In this document: positions 16,665 to 23,445 of the stretch, piece by piece
Layout of the letters: the number at the start of each line of letters is the position of its first letter
How positions within the stretch are numbered: position 1 is the stretch's first letter
Virus record (IMG/VR): IMGVR_UViG_3300042433_000146
Location: 1-64,000 of that record
Length of the DNA stretch: 64,000 bases
DNA from: a virus
Strand: one strand, 5' to 3'
Translations under genes and position numbers: made by a program
The notes under the pieces: generated by a model
Told to the model about the DNA's origin: nothing
Seen by the model: only the letters and a program-made list of their open reading frames with translations
Databases searched by the model: none

Positions 16665-17027
16665 TTAAGCAACTTCTTCAGTCTGGAACAATTTCAAGTC
16701 GCCGGTTGACAACACCCGCCCCGTCTGATATGATGGTTTTGTGTCCGCCGGATGTTTCGGCTCACTATTGATGATGAGAGTTTTCACGGCGATAACGATA
16801 TCATCCCCGGCATAGCGGGTACTGATGCTGATCGTCGCGGATTGTTGGTCCCATGAGAACCACCAGTTGTTGCCGGGATTGTCGATAGACCAGCGGGCTT
16901 CGCCGGGAGATATTTCGTGGAGAGTATCTTCACCGGATACGATCATGGCGGCGCGTTTGGCGATGATCTGAACGGTATCGAGGTTGTTGTCGCGATCCCC
17001 TAATTTGATACGGGCGGTAATGGGCAT
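16665..17027 (-). CDS. hypothetical protein
   Basis: MPITARIK start 6 nt after TG-C-TATCAT extended -10. Confidence 0.6.
   Translation of the reverse strand: MPITARIKLGDRDNNLDTVQIIAKRAAMIVSGEDTLHEISPGEARWSIDNPGNNWWFSWDQQSATISISTRYAGDDIVIAVKTLIINSEPKHPADTKPSYQTGRVLSTGDLKLFQTEEVA
16706..16734 (+). promoter_or_regulatory. consensus sigma70 promoter, antisense to CDS and tRNAs
   Basis: TTGACA-17-TATGAT with TG extension. Confidence 0.5.
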
Positions 17028-17090
17028 GCCCGCATGATAGCACATGAAGAAGAAGATGGGGCGCGGAGCGGAGCTTCGACGCGCCCGGAA

Positions 17091-17165
17091 TGGGGTGATC
17101 GGTGAGAATTGAACTCACATGGACGGATTCACAGTCCGCCGCCTAAACCATTCGGCCACGACCAC
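17091..17165 (-). tRNA. trnH: tRNA-His(GUG), C73, no encoded G-1
   Basis: Cloverleaf, loop CTGTGAA, CCA encoded. Confidence 0.92.
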
Positions 17166-17195
17166 AATCGATGCCCCGGAAGAGTGGGGCGAACT

Positions 17196-17525
17196 TTATG
17201 AGTGCGCATAATGCTCTATGGCATGACAATTGGCACAAAGAATATCACACTTGGAAATTTCTTTTTCAATTCGTTTGATCGACCAGCCTTCGTTCACCGC
17301 TTTTGCGATACATATATCTTTTTCGATTGGATTTCGGTGATGAAAGTGTAGTGCCGCCGGATGATCGAATCCACATCGTTCACATTGAAGCGTCTGCTTG
17401 TGTTCTTTGAACCATTGATATATCGCTTGTTTGCGTTGATTTTTCTGGTCGATGACTTGTTGTCTATTTCTTTGATACCATCGTCGTGAAGCCGCGCGCG
17501 TATCTTCGATGTTGCGATATGCCAT
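17196..17525 (-). mobile_element. HNH endonuclease gene in tRNA cluster (putative homing endonuclease)
   Basis: CERCG...LHFHH...LCANCHAIEH; TAAGTA 6 nt upstream. Confidence 0.8.
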
Positions 17526-17556
17526 CAAAAATACTTAGACGACACCGACACAAAAT

Positions 17557-17630
17557 TGGCTCCGGGTCAGGGATTCGAACCCCGATAGGAGGCTTCAAAG
17601 ACCTCCGTCCTACCTTTAGACGAACCCGGA
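17557..17630 (-). tRNA. trnQ: tRNA-Gln(UUG), canonical
   Basis: U1-A72, G73, loop CTTTGAA, CCA. Confidence 0.95.
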
Positions 17631-17635
17631 ATGAA

Positions 17636-17721
17636 TGGTCAGGTACGGGAGTCGAACCCGCATTGTCGCCTTGGATTGTGCGCGCCGTTGCGACTTCTTA
17701 CCGATTAGAAGAACCCGACCA
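17636..17721 (-). ncRNA. tRNA-like RNA with enlarged anticodon loop
   Basis: 9-bp TGGTCGGGT/ACCTGACCA stem, D stem CTTC/GAAG, T arm GCGGG-TTCGACT-CCCGT, ~20-nt loop in the anticodon arm. Confidence 0.6.
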
Positions 17722-17727
17722 CAAACT

Positions 17728-17815
17728 TGGCTGGCGCGGGTGGAATCGAACCACCGATGTCACGTGGACACTAGTTTCAGAGACTAGCGGCTTTACCAAC
17801 GTCGCCTACACGCCA
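17728..17815 (-). tRNA. tRNA with Gln anticodon CUG and long variable arm (88 nt)
   Basis: CTAGT-CTCTGAA-ACTAG; V arm TGTC-CACGT-GACA; U1-A72, G73, CCA. Confidence 0.85.
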
Positions 17816-17820
17816 ATATA

Positions 17821-18033
17821 CTAACCTTCGAACTCAGCGGGCCGTCCTTGGACGGCCCACTTTTCATGCTTGGCCGCATGCTGGTGGGTTTGCCCGAACG
17901 CGATGAGCGAACCGGGGCATAGATCACAGCCGACATACGGGAAATGTGGTGGGGCATCCCATCCAGCACGGAAGGCTTCTTCCGCGTCGCTGAATTGTTT
18001 CTCGAAGCCACAGCACTGACATTTCAGAGTCAT
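17821..18033 (-). CDS. small Zn-binding hypothetical protein
   Basis: CQCCG...CDLCP, between tRNAs. Confidence 0.6.
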   Translation of the reverse strand: MTLKCQCCGFEKQFSDAEEAFRAGWDAPPHFPYVGCDLCPGSLIAFGQTHQHAAKHEKWAVQGRPAEFEG

Positions 18034-18053
18034 AGTACCACTCTATCACTGAT

Positions 18054-18127
18054 TGGCTCCCGATCATGGATTCGAACCACGATTAAGTGAGTCAGAGTCA
18101 CCCGTCCTACCGTTAGACGAATCGGGA
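18054..18127 (-). tRNA. trnQ: tRNA-Gln(CUG), canonical
   Basis: U1-A72, G73, loop CTCTGAC, CCA. Confidence 0.95.
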
Positions 18128-18131
18128 ATGT

Positions 18132-18221
18132 TGGCTGCGGCGGAAGGAATCGAACCTTCGATGCTCACATGGAGCGTCTGTTTCAAAGACAGGTGGCTTT
18201 ACCAGCGTCGCCTACACCGCA
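18132..18221 (-). tRNA. tRNA with Gln anticodon UUG and long variable arm (90 nt)
   Basis: CTGT-CTTTGAA-ACAG; V arm GCTC-CATGT-GAGC; U1-A72, G73, CCA. Confidence 0.85.
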
Positions 18222-18228
18222 ATGGAGT

Positions 18229-18305
18229 TGGTAGCGTAGACGGGATTCGAACCCGCGATTTCCACTTTGAGAGAGTGGTGACTTAAGCCTCTTGTCAACT
18301 ACGCC
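18229..18305 (-). tRNA. trnE: tRNA-Glu(CUC)
   Basis: CCACT-CTCTCAA-AGTGG, CCA. Confidence 0.93.
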
Positions 18306-18685
18306 ATGTTGTAACTTGTATATGCGTCTTCGGGTTTGCGTGGAGCACAGAACCGACACAACTGAACTTCGAGCGGCACCACGATGAGAAGCATACTGGC
18401 ATTCCGTCCGCATTTGGTACAGTGCATCGGGCCGGAATTGCTAGTCTTGCGTAACTTGCTATGATCCTTCATCACCATGTCGTGTTTGGTCGGCATCATG
18501 ATGTTGTCTTCATCGACCAGTAGAGCCGTCTGTTGATTCTGATGGAACCGTTGTCGGGACCGGCGGAACTTCTTTTCGCCGCGTTTCTTTTTGGCGGCAC
18601 CATGTTTTCCCCGGCAATGGTCACCGGGCGGGCAAGTGTAATCTCGTTCATCGACGAAGTTTCGGTTGTGATTTGTCTTCGGCAT
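18299..18685 (-). CDS. basic hypothetical protein with CxxC motifs
   Basis: 128 aa between tRNAs. Confidence 0.5.
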   Translation of the reverse strand: MPKTNHNRNFVDERDYTCPPGDHCRGKHGAAKKKRGEKKFRRSRQRFHQNQQTALLVDEDNIMMPTKHDMVMKDHSKLRKTSNSGPMHCTKCGRNASMLLIVVPLEVQLCRFCAPRKPEDAYTSYNMA

Positions 18686-18690
18686 GATGT

Positions 18691-18767
18691 TGGTAGGCCC
18701 GGCTGGATTTGAACCAACGTTTGTCGCTAATCAGGCGACCGTTCTGATTCCGCTGAACTACAGGCCC
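18691..18767 (-). tRNA. trnI: tRNA-Ile(GAU) with atypical U37
   Basis: GTCGC-CTGATTA-GCGAC, CCA. Confidence 0.85.
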
Positions 18768-18788
18768 ATGAGAAACTAAATTTGACTA

Positions 18789-18941
18789 ATGTTTATCACT
18801 GCTTTCTTCTTCTACTTGATCGTTGCGATTGTTGCTCGAATGATCCGTTCTTATGCGAATCACCAGTGGTACATCTTTCAGATCGATGACCAGTATGAGA
18901 AGTATTTTGGTCCCGAAGTCGGTAGTCGAAACCGCATCTGA
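18789..18941 (+). CDS. 50-aa membrane peptide antisense to the tRNA cluster (not in ORF track)
   Basis: MFITAFFFYLIVAIVARMIRS...; TAAATT 6 nt upstream. Confidence 0.5.
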   Translation: MFITAFFFYLIVAIVARMIRSYANHQWYIFQIDDQYEKYFGPEVGSRNRI

Positions 18942-18984
18942 CGGTCCACAGCCGTCCGCTTTTGCCGCTTAAGCTACATCGGGA
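18908..18984 (-). tRNA. trnH: atypical tRNA-His(GUG), A73, U53-A61
   Basis: GACGG-CTGTGGA-CCGTC, mismatches in acceptor and T stems, CCA. Confidence 0.7.
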
Positions 18985-18989
18985 GTTTT

Positions 18990-19067
18990 TGGTGTTCCTG
19001 ACCGGATTCGAACCGGCGTTCTCACCTTGAAAGGGTGGCGTCCTAGACCAGACTAGACGACAGGAAC
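18990..19067 (-). tRNA. trnE: tRNA-Glu(UUC), canonical
   Basis: Loop CTTTCAA, CCA. Confidence 0.95.
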
Positions 19068-19079
19068 ATTGAGGGGTGG

Positions 19080-19190
19080 TTAGTCCGCCCGGTTGCGCTT
19101 CCACAGTTTGTATGCCGTGACCGCGCCGATTACTGCGAAGTCACCGAAAGCCAGCGTAGCCCCGGCGACGTACAGCAAAGTCTCTTCCAT
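19080..19190 (-). CDS. 36-aa membrane peptide (not in ORF track)
   Basis: MEETLLYVAGATLAFGDFAVIGAVTAYKLWKRNRAD, SD GGGGAG. Confidence 0.5.
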   Translation of the reverse strand: MEETLLYVAGATLAFGDFAVIGAVTAYKLWKRNRAD

Positions 19191-19214
19191 TGTTCGTTCT
19201 CCCCGGATTGAATT

Positions 19215-19292
19215 TGGTAGCGTGTATGGGATTCGAACCCATGATCTCCGATTTGAAGGACCGGCGGCTTAATCCATCTTGCCTAACACGCC
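19215..19292 (-). tRNA. trnE: tRNA-Glu(UUC) with atypical C33
   Basis: CCGGT-CCTTCAA-ATCGG, CCA. Confidence 0.85.
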
Positions 19293-19412
19293 ATGACGAT
19301 CACTGGCCGGTGGGGTATCCGCCGTTTGTCCTACCCGGACACGTGCTACCCATCCTCCGTTTGCTTGTCTTGCCAGCGAACTACACTGTTGAGCGCTACA
19401 ACAGCGATCTTG

Positions 19413-19613
19413 TTACCACGACCGAAGTGTCACATCTTTGCCACAGTTGGCACAGACGATCCATTCGCGTCCATCGGGTCCACCACTGATATCCTTACCG
19501 GAGTACTTCATGATGTCATTCTGGACGAATTCCAGTGTGGCACCACAAGAGCGACAAACCGCTCTTTGCCGAACTTCGACAGGTGGATCGATGCTGATGA
19601 TTTTGACGGCCAT
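19413..19613 (-). CDS. Zn-ribbon hypothetical protein
   Basis: CRSCG...CANCG. Confidence 0.65.
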   Translation of the reverse strand: MAVKIISIDPPVEVRQRAVCRSCGATLEFVQNDIMKYSGKDISGGPDGREWIVCANCGKDVTLRSW

Positions 19614-19620
19614 GTGATTT

Positions 19621-19698
19621 TGGTACCAGCGGGGTGAATCGAACACCCGACCTCTTCGTTATGAGCGAAGCGCTCTGAACCTGCTGAGCTACGCTGGC
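19621..19698 (-). tRNA. tRNA(CAU), elongator Met or Ile2
   Basis: CTTCG-CTCATAA-CGAAG, CCA. Confidence 0.9.
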
Positions 19699-19786
19699 AT
19701 GGGCGCGGGCCGAACCTTTCAGTAGAACCGTGCATGGTTTTTAACGGAGCCGACCGCCTCATGCACGCGGACACCGCGATAAAGAA

Positions 19787-20224
19787 TCATTTGGTGGTCG
19801 TGGATGGACTTGAACCATCTGCCTCAGTCTTATCAGGACTGCGCTCTGCCAGTTGAGCTACACGACCATATTCGGTTTCCAGCATATCTATCACTTCGTC
19901 GCCATACTGTCTGAAATGTTCAATGGCTTTGCGGTGCATTTCTTCCGCTTCGAGCCATGTGGAGCATCGGGTTTGATAACTTTCCCAATCGCGTTCCCAT
20001 TTCTCACTATAGACTTCGTGTTCCATGTCGATCCACGCCATCGTTTCGAACAGGATGGGCGGACCATCACCGAACTGGTGATTGATACCAAGGAAAACCG
20101 TTGAGATTGTTACCGGGCCAACTTTTGTGAGAGCTACCCGGCGGGACGAATCATCTTCAAACATCATTGCCAATTCCAAAGGGCTTTCCACCGGGACGGG
20201 TGTCTGTCCTATGAGAATGTACAT
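19787..20224 (-). CDS. conserved phage hypothetical protein; frame runs through tRNA-Ile
   Basis: STVFLGINHQFGDGPPILFETM...RCSTWLEA. Confidence 0.65.
   Translation of the reverse strand: MYILIGQTPVPVESPLELAMMFEDDSSRRVALTKVGPVTISTVFLGINHQFGDGPPILFETMAWIDMEHEVYSEKWERDWESYQTRCSTWLEAEEMHRKAIEHFRQYGDEVIDMLETEYGRVAQLAERSPDKTEADGSSPSTTTK
19792..19867 (-). tRNA. trnI: tRNA-Ile(GAU), canonical
   Basis: CAGTC-CTGATAA-GACTG, CCA. Confidence 0.95.
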
Positions 20225-20264
20225 GTGATGCCGCGATGATCGCATATCAAGAGCCTATCATGTT

Positions 20265-20356
20265 TGGTGGATGGGGTAGGATTTGAACCTACAGTGTTTC
20301 CCGCAAGGGGTGGCGGTTTTACAGACCGCTGCCTTCACCATTCGGCGCACCCATCC
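20265..20356 (-). tRNA. trnY: tRNA-Tyr(GUA)
   Basis: GCGGT-CTGTAAA-ACCGC, long V arm, CCA. Confidence 0.92.
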
Positions 20357-20377
20357 ATGTTGGTTAGTCGATGAGTT

Positions 20378-20467
20378 TGGTGGGCGTGGCTGGATTCGAA
20401 CCAGCAAGGCTCCGAAGGAGCACCGGGGTTACAGCCCGGCACCGGGACCAGTTCCGATATCACGCCC
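20378..20467 (-). tRNA. trnY: tRNA-Tyr(GUA), second copy with A8 and weak D stem
   Basis: CCGGG-CTGTAAC-CCCGG, V arm with cUUCGg, CCA. Confidence 0.88.
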
Positions 20468-20480
20468 ATGAAAACTCGTT

Positions 20481-20738
20481 TCACCGACCGCGCCACACAT
20501 CCGCCGGGTGCTTATGGATCGTCGCACCTTCATAAGAGTAGTCGAACATACTACGATCCTTTTCCCGGCCAATGTGATACGCATGGCAGTACCGGCATCG
20601 ATAGACCTCATACGGACGGCCTTGCCGGATCTGCTCAAGGTTGTACGCGGCGGCTGTTGCCTTTACCGGGGTTTGGTAGCGGGTCTTATCTCCGCATCCA
20701 CGCTCCCGGTCGATGCGCGCATCTCCCTTGATCTTCAT
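20481..20738 (-). CDS. Zn-binding hypothetical protein
   Basis: CGDKTRY...YRCRYCHAYHIG, SD AGGA. Confidence 0.65.
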   Translation of the reverse strand: MKIKGDARIDRERGCGDKTRYQTPVKATAAAYNLEQIRQGRPYEVYRCRYCHAYHIGREKDRSMFDYSYEGATIHKHPADVWRGR

Positions 20739-20855
20739 GGTTTTTCCTTTTGGCGGGCGCACGATCACGCCCGCCATTTCATATTACCTTTGGCATCTTC
20801 CTCTTCAGTTGTCAAATATCGGTGCTTCACTGTCCACCGGACAGCTAGGCTACTG

Positions 20856-21089
20856 TCAACCACCACCGGGCTTTGGTTTTGCCCGGTCGCGTTCAGCCTT
20901 TTCCATCGCCCACGGCATTAGGTCCATGAGGACGACGTTCACTGGATCAAGCGTTTTGATACCAAGTCGATGCGCTTCCGTCTCAACGACGACACGCACT
21001 ACTTTTTCAACAAACGGGTGACCCAACTTCAGTTTTTCAAGCTCAGACTTCGAGCGGTCATACAACACATGCGCTTCAGTACGTTGCAT
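20856..21089 (-). CDS. hypothetical protein
   Basis: MQRTEAH start 6 nt after TAAATG. Confidence 0.55.
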   Translation of the reverse strand: MQRTEAHVLYDRSKSELEKLKLGHPFVEKVVRVVVETEAHRLGIKTLDPVNVVLMDLMPWAMEKAERDRAKPKPGGG

Positions 21090-21101
21090 GCCAAGCATTT
21101 A

Positions 21102-21342
21102 GCTTTGCGTGCGATACCTGTGCAAGCGTTCTAGCAACTGAACTGTTAGGGGATTTTAGAGAGGGGAGGGAACCGTGATAGGTGTGTTTTCCGCTACGCC
21201 CAAGCATCCGCCGTTCGGTTCAGCGCCAGATGCTTGTTGGGCATCGGCGCTAGCCGATATGTTCTTGGCGATACTGATACATGGAGCGGATCATGTCGCG
21301 TTTCCTGATTCTATTTATACCGCGTCCTTGGCGTGATGTCAA
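21102..21342 (-). ncRNA. candidate sRNA behind a dual early/late promoter
   Basis: No ORF of 60 aa or more; TTGACA-17-TATAAA with TATAAATA at 21312-21319; nested stems; C/U-rich tract. Confidence 0.4.
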
Positions 21343-21364
21343 GGTTTGCGAAAGATTTTTTGCG

Positions 21365-22480
21365 TTAGGTGCTAATTTTTATGCCGGTCTGGACGGCATT
21401 GACTTGAGAGAGGGTCCAGTCGGCTGACGTGTTTGGATTTTGCGGCCAGATTTCACCGACGTAGATGTAGTCTGAGTACAGCTTGGATTCCGGTCCTTCG
21501 TAGGTGGTGCCGCCGGTCTTCAGCAAGGGCTTGACTTTGCGGTTGCCCACGTCGTCTTTACGGACGGCGGTGTTGACTTGAACGGCATAGATGGTCCCGT
21601 CGCGGGTAAAGTCGGCATGTTGGTACAGATCGACGGCGTTGAGCACATCAGAGATATTGTACTGTGCGGGGTTTCCGTTTTGAGTTCCATTTTCACCAAA
21701 CTGTGTGGTGCCGTCTACATTGGCGGCGTTGTTGGTTCCGACCGATGGAAGCCAGTCGTTGACATCGCCTTCGGCGGTTGCGGTGACGTATTCAATGCGG
21801 GATTCGCCAATCGGATCGTTCACGTGGGAACCAGTACCATCGGCGATGTACAGATCATCCATATCATACCCGGAATTGAATTGAGACACACCCATCCACC
21901 GAACGCCGATGTAGCTGGACGCGCCGCCACTAAGGGTTGTCAGGCCGGTCATAGAAGTCAACAATTCACTATCCACATAGATGTCCACGGTGCCGGTCGT
22001 GGAGACAGCGACTTCAAAAAAGAACCACAGGCCGAACGGCGGAACGAAATCCGTATCGGGGTACCACGTTGGTGGAATAGTTGTTGGATCGATCCCGGAT
22101 ACTGTTATCGGCCATGTGGGATCAGCCAAACCGCATCGAATTCGTCCGGTGTTGGCTTCCATGAAGAACTGGACTTGATGTCGAAGGTTGTCACCGCGAA
22201 TGGCAAGGAAAGGATGGAACGCCACACTGGTGGAAACGCCAGCATCGAATCGAAGAGCCGCACCGGTGATGATTTTGCTTGTACCGCCGGGGTGGGTAGT
22301 TTTTGAGGCACCAGTCCAAAATAGTTGGAAGAGGCTACCGGAACCAGCGGGGCGCATTTTGTTTCCATATCCAAATCGACCCGGTGCGGAAATTACCATA
22401 CCGCTTTGGTCATCCCATTTCTTCTTGGCAGTGGGAGAGAAGAAATAGTGGTCGAAACCGTCGATGAACTTCATTGCCAT
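21365..22480 (-). CDS. orphan tail-fibre/virion protein (ConA-like), paralogue of 31279..32397
   Basis: MAMKFIDGFDHY...FVPPFGLWFFFE...RKDDVGNR; TAAGTA 5 nt upstream; the track's longer N-terminus is shadow. Confidence 0.85.
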   Translation of the reverse strand: MAMKFIDGFDHYFFSPTAKKKWDDQSGMVISAPGRFGYGNKMRPAGSGSLFQLFWTGASKTTHPGGTSKIITGAALRFDAGVSTSVAFHPFLAIRGDNLRHQVQFFMEANTGRIRCGLADPTWPITVSGIDPTTIPPTWYPDTDFVPPFGLWFFFEVAVSTTGTVDIYVDSELLTSMTGLTTLSGGASSYIGVRWMGVSQFNSGYDMDDLYIADGTGSHVNDPIGESRIEYVTATAEGDVNDWLPSVGTNNAANVDGTTQFGENGTQNGNPAQYNISDVLNAVDLYQHADFTRDGTIYAVQVNTAVRKDDVGNRKVKPLLKTGGTTYEGPESKLYSDYIYVGEIWPQNPNTSADWTLSQVNAVQTGIKIST

Positions 22481-22503
22481 ACCCTTACTTATGTTCTGAC
22501 CGA

Positions 22504-22533
22504 TTGACATATACGTCGATGGGGTGCTACAAT
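22504..22533 (+). promoter_or_regulatory. early promoter with palindrome
   Basis: TTGACA-18-TACAAT; GACATATACGTC at 22506-22517; ATG 7 nt downstream. Confidence 0.85.
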
Positions 22534-22540
22534 TTCGGGC

Positions 22541-23086
22541 ATGCGATACGATCATCCATCGGCCATCTATCCGGGGTCTTTTGATCCACCGACGAAGGCG
22601 CACATCGATTTGCTGTTCACTGGTATGCGGATGTTTCCACACGTCACGGTGATCGTGGCGGCGAACGCGGAGAAGAAGCCGTGGTTTACGGCGGCGGAAC
22701 GGGTCCAGATGTTTTGGGATCTTCTGAAGACCGATGAGGGACAATACCCGGAAGGGGTGAAGGTAACCAGCACGGAGAAAGTCTACGTGCCGATGATGGC
22801 GGAAGCGAAGATGTCGTCCTTCGTGATTCGTGGGTTGCGCACGTCGATGGACTTCGATTATGAGACGCGGTTGATGCGTCTGTATCAGCGGATGAATCCG
22901 CGCCTTCAGCCGGTGTACATTCCGACATTCCCGACCAACGACATGGACTTGATCTCTTCGAGCATGGTGAAGTCGTATGTGGGGCCGGACGGGTGGGAAG
23001 AAGTGACGAAGCCGTTCCTGACGCCGAAGATCCACGCGAAATTCGTGGAGCGGGCGACACAACGGTTGTTGCAACCGCAAGGCTAG
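22541..23086 (+). CDS. coaD: phosphopantetheine adenylyltransferase
   Basis: AIYPGSFDPPTKAH, KKPWFT..ERV, IRGLR...DFDYE, ISSSMVK. Confidence 0.9.
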   Translation: MRYDHPSAIYPGSFDPPTKAHIDLLFTGMRMFPHVTVIVAANAEKKPWFTAAERVQMFWDLLKTDEGQYPEGVKVTSTEKVYVPMMAEAKMSSFVIRGLRTSMDFDYETRLMRLYQRMNPRLQPVYIPTFPTNDMDLISSSMVKSYVGPDGWEEVTKPFLTPKIHAKFVERATQRLLQPQG

Positions 23087-23445
23087 GAGTACTCTAGCTT
23101 CTGTCCATTCAGGGCGCGCATGGCATTGCTATCGCTGCCTTGTTGTCCCCATCGCCCATAGAGCATTTTGCGGTTGGACTGTTTCCGCAAGTCGATAGTG
23201 GCACACGACCCTTCGCCTTTCAGAATGCGTTCTACGGCGTCGTGTAGAAGTTCCTGACGCAATTCCACGTCGATGGTGGTCCGGTCGATGCGTTCTTGAA
23301 GAACGGGAAGGTTCAGGTCAATGTCTACTGTGCCGCCTTGGACGAAAGCCCGGCGGCATGGATGACAGTAGGCATGAATGCCGTTACCCGTTTGCTGTGG
23401 CTGTTTCTTGGTGTTCGTTCCCTTGCATCGCGGACATGTAATCAC
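23083..23445 (-). CDS. Zn-ribbon protein
   Basis: CPRCKG...YCHPCRR; start uncertain. Confidence 0.55.
   Translation of the reverse strand: MITCPRCKGTNTKKQPQQTGNGIHAYCHPCRRAFVQGGTVDIDLNLPVLQERIDRTTIDVELRQELLHDAVERILKGEGSCATIDLRKQSNRKMLYGRWGQQGSDSNAMRALNGQKLEYS

Noticed and set aside
1691-22520. Recurring LTYMS/TYMS peptide in many short ORFs
   Set aside because: It is the translation of the promoter palindrome in spurious frames, not a protein repeat.
22481-23080. N-terminal 200 aa of ORF 21365..23080
   Set aside because: Antisense shadow of coaD. Paralogue alignment and the late promoter put the start at 22480.
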